DNA of 64,000 bases from an uncultured virus (IMG/VR IMGVR_UViG_2795385499_000003) (IMGVR_UViG_2795385499_000003); one strand, 5' to 3'. Shown: positions 19,311-29,382, numbered from the stretch's first letter. Program-made: numbers and translations. The notes: generated from the sequence alone by a model not told the origin.

Positions 19311-21055
19311 CAGATACCTACCATGATCGGATCATCAAAAAAGTCATCAGGATCGCCGCTGTCCACCAGCACCGCATCCTCTGCTGCACCAATCGCCATA
19401 GCGGAAGCCACAACACCATCGATGCGGCCGGTACTTTTCTTTTTGGCAAATATGCGGTTGTCCTTCTGGTCAGCCTCAAGCACCGCAGAGGCGGCATTCC
19501 AGCGCAGGCAGGGATTGGGTCGGATAACCAGCACCCGGTTATTAAGATGCTCCTCAAACAGTTCGATAGAGCGCGGCATCCACAGCCCGGACTCCTGAGC
19601 CTTGTAAAAGCCCTGACCGTGCGGAACAAGGTCAACGCTCACAGACTCGCTTTCCAGCTCGGGCTCCAGATACTTAATGCGGTACTGGTCAAACGCAATG
19701 CACTTAATATCGTATCTGGCCGCCAGCTCACCGATGCGCACCGCGACAAAACCGTAGTTGACCGCCTTGCCCGGCGGCGCGTGAATGAAGCCGTTACGCA
19801 GCCAGGCATCATAGGGAACGTGGTCAGTCTTCGCGCGCTCAAGCAGAGAATCTTTTGGCGTCCAGAATTCAACTAAAAGCTTTTTGGACTTCGGGAAGTA
19901 AAGCGCCAGCGCCGTAAGGTCGCGTGAACCGGACAGGTCCAGACCGCCATAGCACTCTTCACCCGCCAAATCTTCGGGATCAAAGTCCTGCTCGCAGTTC
20001 ATCCATGTGTCGCTGTCAATCCACGGGTCGGACGCCTCCACCCACTGGCAGAAGTTAAGACGGCGCACGATGCTCTCTTTCGATGGCATGCCCCGCGCCT
20101 GCGTCACCTGCTCCCGCAGATATTTATCAGTGAATGTCTGTCCCAGCGACGGGTTAGCTTTGCCCCAGCAGGATTCGTCCTTAAACGGGTCGTCGCCCTC
20201 ATCCAGAGAACAGATGAAGCTGAAAAAGCTATCGTCCTCCAGGTCACCCGCAGCAACCTTGCGCCCGTACTCATGGTATTCATAACAGACGCTTGTTTTA
20301 TCGTGACCGCTGTTGGTGATCAGGAACATCAGCGCCTGACGGCGGCCTTTTGTACCGGCGCGCATCATCTCAACAACGGCATTTGTTTTGTGCTCATGCA
20401 CTTCGTCAATCAGTGCGCCATGCGGGCGCGGCCCTGACTGACCATCATCGGAGCTGATGGGCTTGAAGAAAGAGCCCGTCTGCAGGAACGCGAGGTTCCA
20501 CACGTTCAGGCCGGTGCCGGATTTGGTAATGCGCTGCGCCAGCGCGGGCGACTGATCGACCATTGTTACCGCATCGCGGAACAGGATCATCGCCTGGTCT
20601 TTTTTTGTGGCCGCAGCGTACACTTCGGCGCGGGGCTCTTTATCCGCCATTAGCAGGTACAGGCCAACGCCACCCGCTAATGGTGACTTCCCTGAACCCT
20701 TGCCGGATTCGATATAACTCATACGAAAGCGGCGCGTGCCGTCTTCCGCCTTCCAGCCGAACAGAGAACCGACGATGAAGCACTGCCACGGCAGCAGGAT
20801 AAAAGGCTTTCCCTCATGCTCACCGCCGTTGAGCTTCAGAACCTGAGCGAAGAAATTAACGACGCGCGTTACAGCTTCAACATCCCAGAACAGTCCACGC
20901 TTCGGACCCTCTTCCAGATCACGGAGGTGGCGGGCGCATGCCGCGCGGATGTCTGGCCCGGCAATAACCGCGCCGCTGGTAACGTCCATTGCATACTGCG
21001 TCGCCGGGTCAACCGAAGAACTGGTTGAGCGGGTCTTCTTCTTTTTCTCCACCAT
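19310..21055 (-). CDS. terL: Terminase large subunit
   Basis: Walker A GKGSGKS, Walker B LIDEVHE, GGLDLS, RIDGVVA. Confidence 0.95.
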   Translation of the reverse strand: MVEKKKKTRSTSSSVDPATQYAMDVTSGAVIAGPDIRAACARHLRDLEEGPKRGLFWDVEAVTRVVNFFAQVLKLNGGEHEGKPFILLPWQCFIVGSLFGWKAEDGTRRFRMSYIESGKGSGKSPLAGGVGLYLLMADKEPRAEVYAAATKKDQAMILFRDAVTMVDQSPALAQRITKSGTGLNVWNLAFLQTGSFFKPISSDDGQSGPRPHGALIDEVHEHKTNAVVEMMRAGTKGRRQALMFLITNSGHDKTSVCYEYHEYGRKVAAGDLEDDSFFSFICSLDEGDDPFKDESCWGKANPSLGQTFTDKYLREQVTQARGMPSKESIVRRLNFCQWVEASDPWIDSDTWMNCEQDFDPEDLAGEECYGGLDLSGSRDLTALALYFPKSKKLLVEFWTPKDSLLERAKTDHVPYDAWLRNGFIHAPPGKAVNYGFVAVRIGELAARYDIKCIAFDQYRIKYLEPELESESVSVDLVPHGQGFYKAQESGLWMPRSIELFEEHLNNRVLVIRPNPCLRWNAASAVLEADQKDNRIFAKKKSTGRIDGVVASAMAIGAAEDAVLVDSGDPDDFFDDPIMVGI

Positions 21056-21473
21056 TCACGTTCACCTTTGACCGGGCAGCCGGAGTCAGGCCGAACTCTA
21101 CCAGGTAGCTTTTAAACCGCCGGTCTGCATCAGCCAGCATTGAAACAGCCGGATTGGCCTTTATCAGAAATCCACCTTCAGTCTGGACCGTGTAGGTTCT
21201 GCCCTCATCAACAATTGTGATCCGCAGCTGAAGAATATCAGCGTAGATATCGCAGAGCCTTTCCAGCGCGAGAACGTCGGCGACGGTTAGCACGCCCATT
21301 CCATCGAGTAGAACGGTCAGTTTTCCCCACGCCACCTTCCCCCAGTCAGTGAGATGTGACGGCGGGCTCGGGATTTCTCTTGCGGGTGAAGGCTCTTTGT
21401 CGTTGAGTTTTCGCTTGCCCGGATTGCCGGTAACGACCTTAAGGTGGGTCGGTTTTGGTCGTCTACCGGCCAT
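21009..21473 (-). CDS. terS: Terminase small subunit, P27 family
   Basis: GRRPKPT.LK...GNPGKR, EFGLTPAARS motifs. Confidence 0.93.
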   Translation of the reverse strand: MAGRRPKPTHLKVVTGNPGKRKLNDKEPSPAREIPSPPSHLTDWGKVAWGKLTVLLDGMGVLTVADVLALERLCDIYADILQLRITIVDEGRTYTVQTEGGFLIKANPAVSMLADADRRFKSYLVEFGLTPAARSKVNVNGGEKEEDPLNQFFG

Positions 21474-21590
21474 AAAAACCTCCCAGAAAAAAACTTTTCA
21501 TTTCGCGGTTGTGCATAAAAAGGGGGGCGGGCGGTCAGGAAGGCGATAGCCCTTGAACTCTTTATCCGCCCCTCCCCGTGTGTCTGAGTT
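21474..21590 (-). other. Probable cos region (GC-rich ACCGCCCGCCCC near 21522-21536)
   Basis: Intergenic between HNH and terS as in HK97-like cos phages; exact cut site not determinable. Confidence 0.5.
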
Positions 21591-21932
21591 CTATCCCCTG
21601 CGCCAGTGCGACTGTGGGTCCAGTGGTAGGCCGTTCTCATCGCACCCAATCACGTGACCGCGCTTTTCTTCGCGCTGCTTAGTGGAGTCGTGGTGCTGCT
21701 TACAGAGGGGTTGCCAGTTTGCTTTATCCCAAAAGAGCTTTTGAGCCTTTGCTATCTCATCCTGTTTGCCGCCATTGATGGCTTCTTTCAGCCTGTGTGG
21801 TTTGATGTGGTCAACGACAGTTGCGGCTACCGCTCTGCCCTGCCGATGGCACATAACGCAGAGAGGATGTGATTTCAGAAATGAGAGCCTGGCTTTGTCC
21901 CAGCGGCTGTTATAGATACGTGGCTCTGACAT
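21591..21932 (-). CDS. Packaging-associated HNH endonuclease (HK97 gp74-like)
   Basis: CxxC, VVDHIKPH, NWQPLC..HH motifs next to terS. Confidence 0.9.
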   Translation of the reverse strand: MSEPRIYNSRWDKARLSFLKSHPLCVMCHRQGRAVAATVVDHIKPHRLKEAINGGKQDEIAKAQKLFWDKANWQPLCKQHHDSTKQREEKRGHVIGCDENGLPLDPQSHWRRG

Positions 21933-22074
21933 CAGAGTTTCCTGCTGGCTGGGTGTGTTTATCCCTCGGCAATGGTGAGACCACCAGCCGATGATTCAGT
22001 GTCTTTATGCTGAAAATTGAACTCAGCAAGCTCAGTTTTCAGAACAAAATAAAACCGCCCGTAGGCGGCCTGTA

Positions 22075-22320
22075 TTAATCGCTACCGCAATTACCACCGC
22101 TATCTGACGAACTGCCAGAGTCGTAGCCGCCACTGCATGAATCAGATCTGCTTAAACTGCTGTAGTCGTTACCCACGTAAATCGGGCTGATGGGGTTAAG
22201 CGGATTCATCAGGTCGCTGCCTGCGCCAGTTGTGCCAGTCATGCGACGACGGTGTTCTTCATCACGGCGGCGGCGACTTTCCGCGCGGCGACGTAATTCT
22301 GCATCAGATAAATAGCTCAT
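22075..22320 (-). CDS. Hypothetical Arg-rich / Ser-Gly-rich small protein
   Basis: 81-aa ORF in late-operon orientation followed by hairpin. Confidence 0.55.
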   Translation of the reverse strand: MSYLSDAELRRRAESRRRRDEEHRRRMTGTTGAGSDLMNPLNPISPIYVGNDYSSLSRSDSCSGGYDSGSSSDSGGNCGSD

Positions 22321-22374
22321 AGCTTTTTCTCTCTGTAGTGCCGGGTTCGCGACGCTTCACTGCGTGGCTAACCG

Positions 22375-22614
22375 TTATCCCTTGTCGGAGGATTCAATAG
22401 GCTTCACGTGCGAGAACATGAAGCCGTCATAGGGCATCGGAAGGTTACACACCATCCAGTTAACGAGATCAAAGAACCATTCAGGCACGCCATTAGCCGC
22501 GCATACTTCAGGCTCCCCTGATTCGATATCCCTGATGTAAACCGGTACGATATTGGCGAACAGGCCAGTGTGCTCCCACTCGCTCTTTTTAACTCTGCCG
22601 AACAGTAATGCCAT
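22375..22614 (-). CDS. Hypothetical protein after Rz
   Basis: ATG 22614 with GAGG SD, right after Rz stop. Confidence 0.6.
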   Translation of the reverse strand: MALLFGRVKKSEWEHTGLFANIVPVYIRDIESGEPEVCAANGVPEWFFDLVNWMVCNLPMPYDGFMFSHVKPIESSDKG

Positions 22615-22616
22615 GC

Positions 22617-23060
22617 TTACCTCAAACATTGCTCTCTGATGTACTGCTGAAGACCGGCTATTTGCTTTCCGGCGAGTTCGATTCGACTTCTGAGGATGAA
22701 ATAATCCCGTTCAGCGGTGTCAGTAAGTCCGGGGCTGGCTGCATCATCCATGCCGGCGGCGCCGGTGGCGGATTGCTTCGTGCAGGTAGCGTTGAGCTGC
22801 AACCGGCGCTTGCCAGAAGCAACGTCACGCTCAAGCTGGTCGATAGTTGCTTGAGCATTGGCTAATTCCTTTGTGTATTTGGCGTCGAGCGCGGCAACAT
22901 CGCGCTGGCGGACCTGCATATCGTCAATCGTCTGCTGGCGCTCGGTAGCCAGGCTGTCAGCAGTAACGTATTTCCCGTGGTAAAGAATTGCTACCCGGCA
23001 GACCACAATGAGCGCCACCAGCAGCAGGCCGATAATTAATGTTCGCCAGCTAAAGGTCAT
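22617..23060 (-). CDS. Rz: i-spanin Rz
   Basis: N-terminal TM; RQRDVAALDAKYTKELA, GLQQYIREQC. Confidence 0.92.
   Translation of the reverse strand: MTFSWRTLIIGLLLVALIVVCRVAILYHGKYVTADSLATERQQTIDDMQVRQRDVAALDAKYTKELANAQATIDQLERDVASGKRRLQLNATCTKQSATGAAGMDDAASPGLTDTAERDYFILRSRIELAGKQIAGLQQYIREQCLR
22658..22858 (-). CDS. Rz1: o-spanin Rz1 embedded in Rz
   Basis: Lipobox LASAGC, Pro-rich PPPAPPAWMMQP, alternate frame. Confidence 0.88.
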   Translation of the reverse strand: MLKQLSTSLSVTLLLASAGCSSTLPARSNPPPAPPAWMMQPAPDLLTPLNGIISSSEVESNSPESK

Positions 23061-23553
23061 AGGGACCATCCGCCAGGCACATTGAGCGTTCCATGTCGCG
23101 CCGGTTCATCAGCCCCCTGAATTTCATGCCTCCGGCATAGACCCAGCGACGCAGCTCTTCGCATGCTCCTTCCTGATCGCCCGCATTCAGCTTTTTAAGA
23201 AGTGTCGATTTAGAGAAAGCGCCGGAGCCTACGTTGTAGGTGAAGCTGTAGAGCGAAGCGCGTTGATATTCATTCAGCGGAACCTTAACCAGACCATCAA
23301 CCGTTTGCTTTACCGGCTTCAGGTCATTCCACAGTAGGCGATCACATTCGCGGTCGGTATACTTCTTACCTTTAATAATGTCGTTGCCTGTATGTCCATC
23401 ACAGACCGTCCAGACACCAGCCACATCTTTGTAAGGCTCGTATACGCGTCCCTCTACGCCGTCTTTACCACCGATGAAGAGCGAGGCGATAAGCATTGAG
23501 CCGCCGCCCGCTGCGGCTATCAGTTTGTTACGCAGGCTGGCTGACATAGCCAT
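23050..23553 (-). CDS. SAR endolysin (GH24 lysozyme)
   Basis: Gly/Ala-rich N-terminal SAR; EG....YKD..GVWTVC.GHT catalytic motif. Confidence 0.93.
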   Translation of the reverse strand: MAMSASLRNKLIAAAGGGSMLIASLFIGGKDGVEGRVYEPYKDVAGVWTVCDGHTGNDIIKGKKYTDRECDRLLWNDLKPVKQTVDGLVKVPLNEYQRASLYSFTYNVGSGAFSKSTLLKKLNAGDQEGACEELRRWVYAGGMKFRGLMNRRDMERSMCLADGPYDL

Positions 23554-23555
23554 AA

Positions 23556-23807
23556 TTATTCCTCTCCCAGCTTATCGGACGGGATATAGCCGCGCTGCTC
23601 CAGCGCCCTTATCTGAGCGAGAGATACTTTGCGCTTAAAATACGCGTTGATAGCAAACGTCAGCAGGGCCAGAACAATACCGGCAATAACGCCTACCGCA
23701 CTCCATTCATCCGGGCTGAGTCGCGTTAGCACGCCATTGGCTACAGCCGATCCTGCCGCGCCGTATGCCGCTCCTGATGCTAGTTTGCTCATATGGTTGA
23801 TACTCAT
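23556..23807 (-). CDS. Class II (pin)holin, phage 21 S-like, possible dual start (Met 23807 / Met 23792)
   Basis: SGAAYG, LSP.EW.AVGV..GI, N.YFK motifs; GGAGG SD. Confidence 0.88.
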   Translation of the reverse strand: MSINHMSKLASGAAYGAAGSAVANGVLTRLSPDEWSAVGVIAGIVLALLTFAINAYFKRKVSLAQIRALEQRGYIPSDKLGEE

Positions 23808-23984
23808 GGTCACCTCCGTGATTACGGTCGGTGCTGTCTGTAGTCATTAGAAAATGGCGACCCTCCCCACACAGCAACGGGGAAATATCAAAGTTTTTGG
23901 GAGGACGCCAAAAGAGGACCGGGAATTTCCGGCTAATTAGAATTCTTTCTGTCAAAGGCACCCGCAGATGCCTTTTGCACAAAG

Positions 23985-24137
23985 CTATTTGGTGGCTTTA
24001 AACAGCGGCCAGAGAAGAGCAATCACCACAAAGATGATTGCGCCATCAGCCAGGATAGACATCATTCGACTTGTGAAGTCGATGGCGACAACCAGAAACA
24101 GCAGTACAGCTATCGCCAGCCAACGCAAATGGGCCAT
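23985..24137 (-). CDS. DUF3927-like small membrane protein (50 aa; not in ORF track)
   Basis: MAHLRWLAIAVLLFLVVAIDFTSRMMSILADGA...; start overlaps terB-like stop. Confidence 0.7.
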   Translation of the reverse strand: MAHLRWLAIAVLLFLVVAIDFTSRMMSILADGAIIFVVIALLWPLFKATK

Positions 24138-24565
24138 TACAGATGGTTTTCCAATCGCAGGCCGAGAACATTGGCGATCTCTTCCAGCACCTTGCGTTCT
24201 TCCGGCTCTACTTCGCCGTCTGCTTCAGCGATCGCTACAGCGACATCGAGCACATCTTCTGCTTCGCGCGTATCGTGCTTAACGTCTTCGATTTCACGAA
24301 GTGCTGCGCGCCGCCCGATTTTGAAGTTAGTATCGAGCTGGCCGACGATCGTGGCGCTGATGGAGTTGATTTCAGAAGTGAACGCCGCCAGAGCTGGCTG
24401 ATTGCGAAGTACCTGCTCAATCTTCGCCTTCTCAGAGGCCTCACACTCACCATCGGCATACGCCACCAGATACGCAGCATTAACTACGGCCTGCGCAAGA
24501 TCGCGTTTCTCAAACTTCTTAATATCGCTGACTGCCTTACGTGCTTTTTTACCGAAACCAAACAT
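24137..24565 (-). CDS. TerB-family protein (phage moron)
   Basis: LVAYADGECE..E and AIAEADGEVEPEE..VL..IA..LGL repeats. Confidence 0.85.
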   Translation of the reverse strand: MFGFGKKARKAVSDIKKFEKRDLAQAVVNAAYLVAYADGECEASEKAKIEQVLRNQPALAAFTSEINSISATIVGQLDTNFKIGRRAALREIEDVKHDTREAEDVLDVAVAIAEADGEVEPEERKVLEEIANVLGLRLENHL

Positions 24566-25032
24566 AGTGACTTTCCTTTTAGCGGGTGAGCCAGCGCTCA
24601 GGAGTAGTCAGCCCACAGAGATAGTCACACTGACCATCACTCTGGCTCACCCCTGAAAGGCTCTGTGGTGTAATGCGCCGAGCGTGGCGCGGGAATAAAA
24701 AAGGCCCGCCGAAGCGAGCCTTTGTAAATTTGCTTTTCGATTTAATTGGTTAGCACTTTTTGCATAAAACCAAAAGTCATGACTACTACATTAGCACTGT
24801 CAATCCTTGAAAGTTGACAGAGTGAAACTTGAATTTTTACCCGCTTACTGTTGCTTCCCCTTCGGTATGCGGGCTTTTTTTTGGCCCCTGACGCAAATCG
24901 CGGTAACTGCCTTGCTCGTCGGCAACAGGGTTAATCTTGCTGTACTTATCACAATATGAAAGGCGCTACGGGTTTGCAGTCCCGGACAGACCTTATAAGC
25001 GTCTGCGCTCAGCGCCTTTGGTATTGTGTGGA

Positions 25033-25139
25033 AATAAAAAACCCCACCGGGCGGCGAGGCTTACTGATGATGGTAGTGAGCGTCGTGTATAGAAAGCCCA
25101 CTATGGGAAAGATATTAATCCATTTTACGACAAAATCAA
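25033..25139 (-). promoter_or_regulatory. Candidate late promoter pR' and terminator tR'
   Basis: TTGATT-16bp-TAATAT just downstream of Q, then hairpin plus T run at 25033-25062. Confidence 0.6.
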
Positions 25140-25164
25140 CTCTTTTATTTACTCACATGGATAA

Positions 25165-25932
25165 TCAGTATCGAGTCACTGACTTGAAGGCTGCGTCCGC
25201 GTGGCTCTCTTCCATTTCCAGCTTTGAAACCAGCGCGTCGAAGAAAGGTTTCCAGTTGCGCTCCCACGTCCTGACATGCAAATCCGGGACGATCACACTG
25301 ACGACTTTATAGGCCTTACTGGATGGTTTTCGCCTGTACCCTTTACCGCTACAGCGATCGCATTCTTTTTCAACCGGGCAACCGCTGAGCTTTGACTGTT
25401 CGAGGTCGCGAACGCGGCCAGTTCCGTTACAACGACAGCGCGCGCTGATGAATCCTTTCCCGTGACATGTCACGCACTGATGCTCTGTTGTCTCGAGTCG
25501 GTATTTAGGCGGGGTATTTTCACCGCAGCCAGGATGAACCATCACATTAGCCAGACCGTTGGTAATGCCTCGGCCATCACAATCAGGGCAGGTGTGCTGA
25601 GAAGCAGCGGAGCGGGTATATTCTTCAAAGGCGAGCTTGCACATCACGGTCAGGCAAGGAAGCAACTTAGCGCCTGCACCTTTAATGATCAGGCGGGGAA
25701 CCGAGCTACGCGCATAAGCCAGTAAATAATTAACTGCGCGCGTTTTGTCCTCTTCGCCCAGCCCTGCTTTAGCCAGGACGGCCGCCACCCCTAACGGGGA
25801 TTTTGACTGGCACATGCCGAAGGCGCCCATCACGTCAGTACCCGTCAGCGCTTCAGATGCCGTAGCGCGCGAGGTATCGCTGATGTTCATAGTCTTTGGG
25901 CTGAAATGCTTTAACGCCGATTCAATTTTCAT
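25165..25932 (-). CDS. Q: Late antitermination protein Q (Cys-rich type)
   Basis: KHFSPK, LTGTDVMGA.G, RSAAS..CxxCxGxG repeats; upstream of lysis cassette. Confidence 0.85.
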   Translation of the reverse strand: MKIESALKHFSPKTMNISDTSRATASEALTGTDVMGAFGMCQSKSPLGVAAVLAKAGLGEEDKTRAVNYLLAYARSSVPRLIIKGAGAKLLPCLTVMCKLAFEEYTRSAASQHTCPDCDGRGITNGLANVMVHPGCGENTPPKYRLETTEHQCVTCHGKGFISARCRCNGTGRVRDLEQSKLSGCPVEKECDRCSGKGYRRKPSSKAYKVVSVIVPDLHVRTWERNWKPFFDALVSKLEMEESHADAAFKSVTRY

Positions 25933-25953
25933 GCTAATCCTTCTCCACACCCT

Positions 25954-26970
25954 TTATTTTTTATCTGCCCCGATAACGCCGACTGCAATTGCGTGATCGA
26001 GGAACCTGAACAGCAGCTCAATCTGGCTGCCATATTTGCTTTCAAACTCCCTCATGTCCCGGTGCAGCTCATCGTGATGCGCTCTGCAAAGCGGTATCAC
26101 AAATAAGTCATGCGCCTTCGTTCCCATTCCTCCCTGTCCGTGTCCGATGATGTGGTGCGGATCGTCTGCCTGCTTTCCGCAGCATGCACACTTTTGCGAC
26201 TTTACCCAGCGCGTATACTTCTCGCTTTCCCAGCGCTTACGCTTTGGACGAAGCATAAACGATTCCGGCGACTCTGGGTCTGCCACCAGGCTGATAACCT
26301 TCTTCACGACTTCCCCGGCCTCTAGCAAAACCTCCCGGCCCGGACGTTCTGGCGTAATCAGTGATTCCTTCAGCGTGCCGGTAGCCACCTGCTCTGCCTT
26401 CATCTTCAGAACGCGGCGCGCCGGCGCTTCGGGGATAAGGTCGATTACGTCTTTGATGGATGCCCACCAGCACAATTCGGGCAAGGTCAGCGTATGGTTA
26501 GCATGCAGGCCCATATCGAGACAGGCGCTGTGAATGATCCACGCGGCGACGTTCGCGGCAGCAACCTTCTCCATTTCACCTGATACGCCGTTATTGCGCA
26601 GCTTGTTGTCATGGTGGTAACAGAGCGACAGCACGCCGTCTTCTGTTTCAAGCGTGGTCATTTCGTGGAAGTGGAAGCCGTCACCGTCATCGCATTGGCA
26701 TGCGTTAATCATGGCTACCCAGACAGTAAGATCGGGAAAGCCACCAGCTGCGGCAATAACGCGCTCATGGCGGAAAAAAGAATTCAGCAGCGGCTCATCC
26801 AGTAAGGGCTGATTGCCATCGTTGATTTTCCCTGATGGCAGGTCAGCCATATCACCAGTCGGCGTACTGATGAGTACGCGCCCACGAAACAGGCTCATCA
26901 GTTCTGAGCCGGGCTTGAACAGGACTATCCCCGTTCGCGGAGCCACTTCCGGTGTGAGAAGCGCCCTCAT
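25954..26970 (-). CDS. DUF968/YdfU-like protein with C-terminal HNH-like domain
   Basis: MRALLTPE, LPELCWW, CACCG..ADDPHH, PLCR.HHDELH. Confidence 0.88.
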   Translation of the reverse strand: MRALLTPEVAPRTGIVLFKPGSELMSLFRGRVLISTPTGDMADLPSGKINDGNQPLLDEPLLNSFFRHERVIAAAGGFPDLTVWVAMINACQCDDGDGFHFHEMTTLETEDGVLSLCYHHDNKLRNNGVSGEMEKVAAANVAAWIIHSACLDMGLHANHTLTLPELCWWASIKDVIDLIPEAPARRVLKMKAEQVATGTLKESLITPERPGREVLLEAGEVVKKVISLVADPESPESFMLRPKRKRWESEKYTRWVKSQKCACCGKQADDPHHIIGHGQGGMGTKAHDLFVIPLCRAHHDELHRDMREFESKYGSQIELLFRFLDHAIAVGVIGADKK

Positions 26971-27848
26971 GCGTTGCCCGCCAGTTCTTTGTCATGGGTA
27001 AACTCACCATTCCAGGACTGTTTCATTGGCAGTTGCCCTTTCAGATAGCGGCGATAAAGCCACACTGCGCCCTCACGCAGCAGAACGGGCTGGTAGCTGG
27101 TGAAGCTGGCCGCCGATGACGGGTTTATCTGGCTGCTCTTCTCTGTGAGGTATTTATCGCGCGCCTGAGAACGTACGCGCCAGTGAGCATGATTCCCGTT
27201 AGGGTTGTCGTCATATAGCCAGTTCGACTCCTGCAGGTATGCGCTCACCCTGCTGGCGTTCACGCCGTTCAGACGTTTGCAGAACTGGACAGGAGAAAGC
27301 CCATCGCTAAACAGGTTCTCAAGGTGATCTATATATTGCGCCTGACGATGGGTCAGTACTTCCGCCTGTTGTTTCGCTTCCATAGCATCAGCCCATGCGC
27401 GCGCCAGCTTAATCGGATCGTTCATGTCCGGCAGCAGAAGCCCGCCGACCGCTCTGAGACGAAAATAACTGTCCTCCAGCCCTTCAAAGAAGGTCCATGC
27501 CTCATCCGTATCGACGATTTTGGACATGCGCGCGGCGCCCTTCTCTGTCCATAGCGTCAGGCTTCTGGCTTTGGATGAAATTTGTGCGTGACTATTAGTC
27601 ACTCGCAAATCGCGTAGCTCGTCACCATCCACGGTGAAGATATGAATCCCCTCGACAAAACGACCAACGTTGCGTGAAAGGTTTTTACGGATGTTGGCTT
27701 CGTCAGTGCCATAGCCTCTGGCTAATAGCTCAGTGGTGATCACACGCTGATCGCGATACATGAGAACGGGAACGCTAACTGAAGCGTTCGAAGAGATAAC
27801 TACGGGGTTTACGCCAGACGCAGCTGCGCCCAGTACCTGATTAGGCAT
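26967..27848 (-). CDS. ORF6N-domain antirepressor-like protein (KilA-C-like C-terminus)
   Basis: RVITTELLA..YG, LWTEKGAARMSK, DP...ARAWAD. Confidence 0.82.
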   Translation of the reverse strand: MPNQVLGAAASGVNPVVISSNASVSVPVLMYRDQRVITTELLARGYGTDEANIRKNLSRNVGRFVEGIHIFTVDGDELRDLRVTNSHAQISSKARSLTLWTEKGAARMSKIVDTDEAWTFFEGLEDSYFRLRAVGGLLLPDMNDPIKLARAWADAMEAKQQAEVLTHRQAQYIDHLENLFSDGLSPVQFCKRLNGVNASRVSAYLQESNWLYDDNPNGNHAHWRVRSQARDKYLTEKSSQINPSSAASFTSYQPVLLREGAVWLYRRYLKGQLPMKQSWNGEFTHDKELAGNA

Positions 27849-28048
27849 ATTTTACTCTCCACACCATTTGTTTTATCCGGTCCCGCCCCCTCATCTGCAA
27901 ATGAACGGGACCAACCTTTGCCGGCAGCGTCTGCAAACGCTTATCTGCATAACCATCATAATGGTTCAAAAATAAATTTCACGACTTAAGTGTATTCACC
28001 GATTTTTATATGCGAAGCCAACGTCCTAAGGCAACAAGGCTATACCTT

Positions 28049-28090
28049 AATCAAGACGCTCATTCTTCAATCAAGACGCTCATTCTTCAA
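28049..28090 (+). repeat. Perfect 20-bp tandem duplication
   Basis: TCAAGACGCTCATTCTTCAA x2. Confidence 0.95.
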
Positions 28091-28486
28091 AACAAGGGTT
28101 ACCTGACCGAGCCACTTACCAAAAAGTGCTGAATTTTTGAATACATAATATTATGCAACGTGTGTATTTTAACTCAACTAGTACCATTCTTGGTAAACTA
28201 AAAAAATGAAACATTAACTAATTAATGCTTTAACTAACGGAAATTTAAAGGATTGAGCAATCACACTGAAGAACATTGCACGCCAAGTTCAATTTTTTTG
28301 ATTTATTGGCTGTTAGTTTATTTCACATGTATCTAAAAATGGAAATGTAAAAATCGTCAAATCCAGCTTATCGCTATTTTTTAATTTTATCACTTTAGCT
28401 TAGAGCATATGTTCTGTAAAAAAAATATTTGTCTAATCTTGAGTTATGCTTGAAAATAGCCACATATTAACAGAGGGAACTTTAAT

Positions 28487-28845
28487 ATGAGTCAGGACTT
28501 AAAGGTTGGAGCTTTAGCAGTGCTGGGTGTTTTTTTCTTTTAGGGGGTATTAACGCTTACTCGAAAAAGCAAAGCGCAATTAATGAAATTAGTTCATGTG
28601 CAACTATAAATACAAGCAATGCAGTATCTAATGTCGAAAGAGACTTATTGGGCAGACATGACACAAGCTTGTTTGGAGAGGAATTTATTACTCTTGATTC
28701 CATCCTCTTCCATAATGAAACGATTGGCAAACAAGGCACAAGGGTCATCGTCCCTTTCACTCTGATTCGCTCTCAAGGTCAAAGTGAATATGAGGCTGAA
28801 GTAAGATGCTCTGACTTGAATATCATTAAATACATAAAATTATAA
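28487..28845 (+). pseudogene. YebF/colicin M immunity (Cmi)-like exported protein, frameshifted in T7 tract
   Basis: One extra T at 28530-28536 gives 119 aa with hydrophobic N-terminus and C..V.RD..VPFT..Y...V.C pattern. Confidence 0.65.
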
Positions 28846-28950
28846 ATCTAAAACGATTTCAAAATATCTGCTTCTGCAATCACAATAACTTTAATGCACT
28901 TAATTTATCTTTGAAATTCTCAAAGACTCACACAGCAATCAGGTGATTAT

Positions 28951-29277
28951 ATGTTAAAACCCTTGAAATACTACGTTGGCAAGGACAGGTCAAATAACCT
29001 CCTTTTACATTGCGAAGATTGCAAACATTTGCCCACTTCAGATTTCCGCACCTTTATTGGTAGTTTTTACACGCCGAATCAGGCATTTTCATTAGCGGCT
29101 AGGAAATTTTCATCTCTAGAGCACTGTACCTTCTGCCAAGATGAATCGAAACATTACATAAATGATGAAACACGTTTTCCATATGTATATTTCGACTCTA
29201 CGATTTCATTAAACAAAGGCAAGAAAACATTAAAACCAGTACATCATTCCCCCCCTACTAAGAAACCCAAATTTTGA
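28951..29277 (+). CDS. Small Cys/His-containing hypothetical protein (AT-rich moron)
   Basis: H...C..LP...FIG.F...CxxC; AGGTG SD. Confidence 0.65.
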   Translation: MLKPLKYYVGKDRSNNLLLHCEDCKHLPTSDFRTFIGSFYTPNQAFSLAARKFSSLEHCTFCQDESKHYINDETRFPYVYFDSTISLNKGKKTLKPVHHSPPTKKPKF

Positions 29278-29382
29278 TTTTCTTTATTTTAACCTGAAAG
29301 CGCCCGAAGGCGCTAATTTCTTAAATGCAGACTGAAAAAAAATATCACTAATTGTACATTATCAGAAACGGCAGAATTAACT

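Noticed and set aside
3650..21872. Many plus-strand ORFs over structural genes
   Set aside because: Antisense shadows of well-supported minus-strand phage genes
24137..24565. Tellurite resistance locus
   Set aside because: Lone TerB-family gene without terZACDE; typical phage moron
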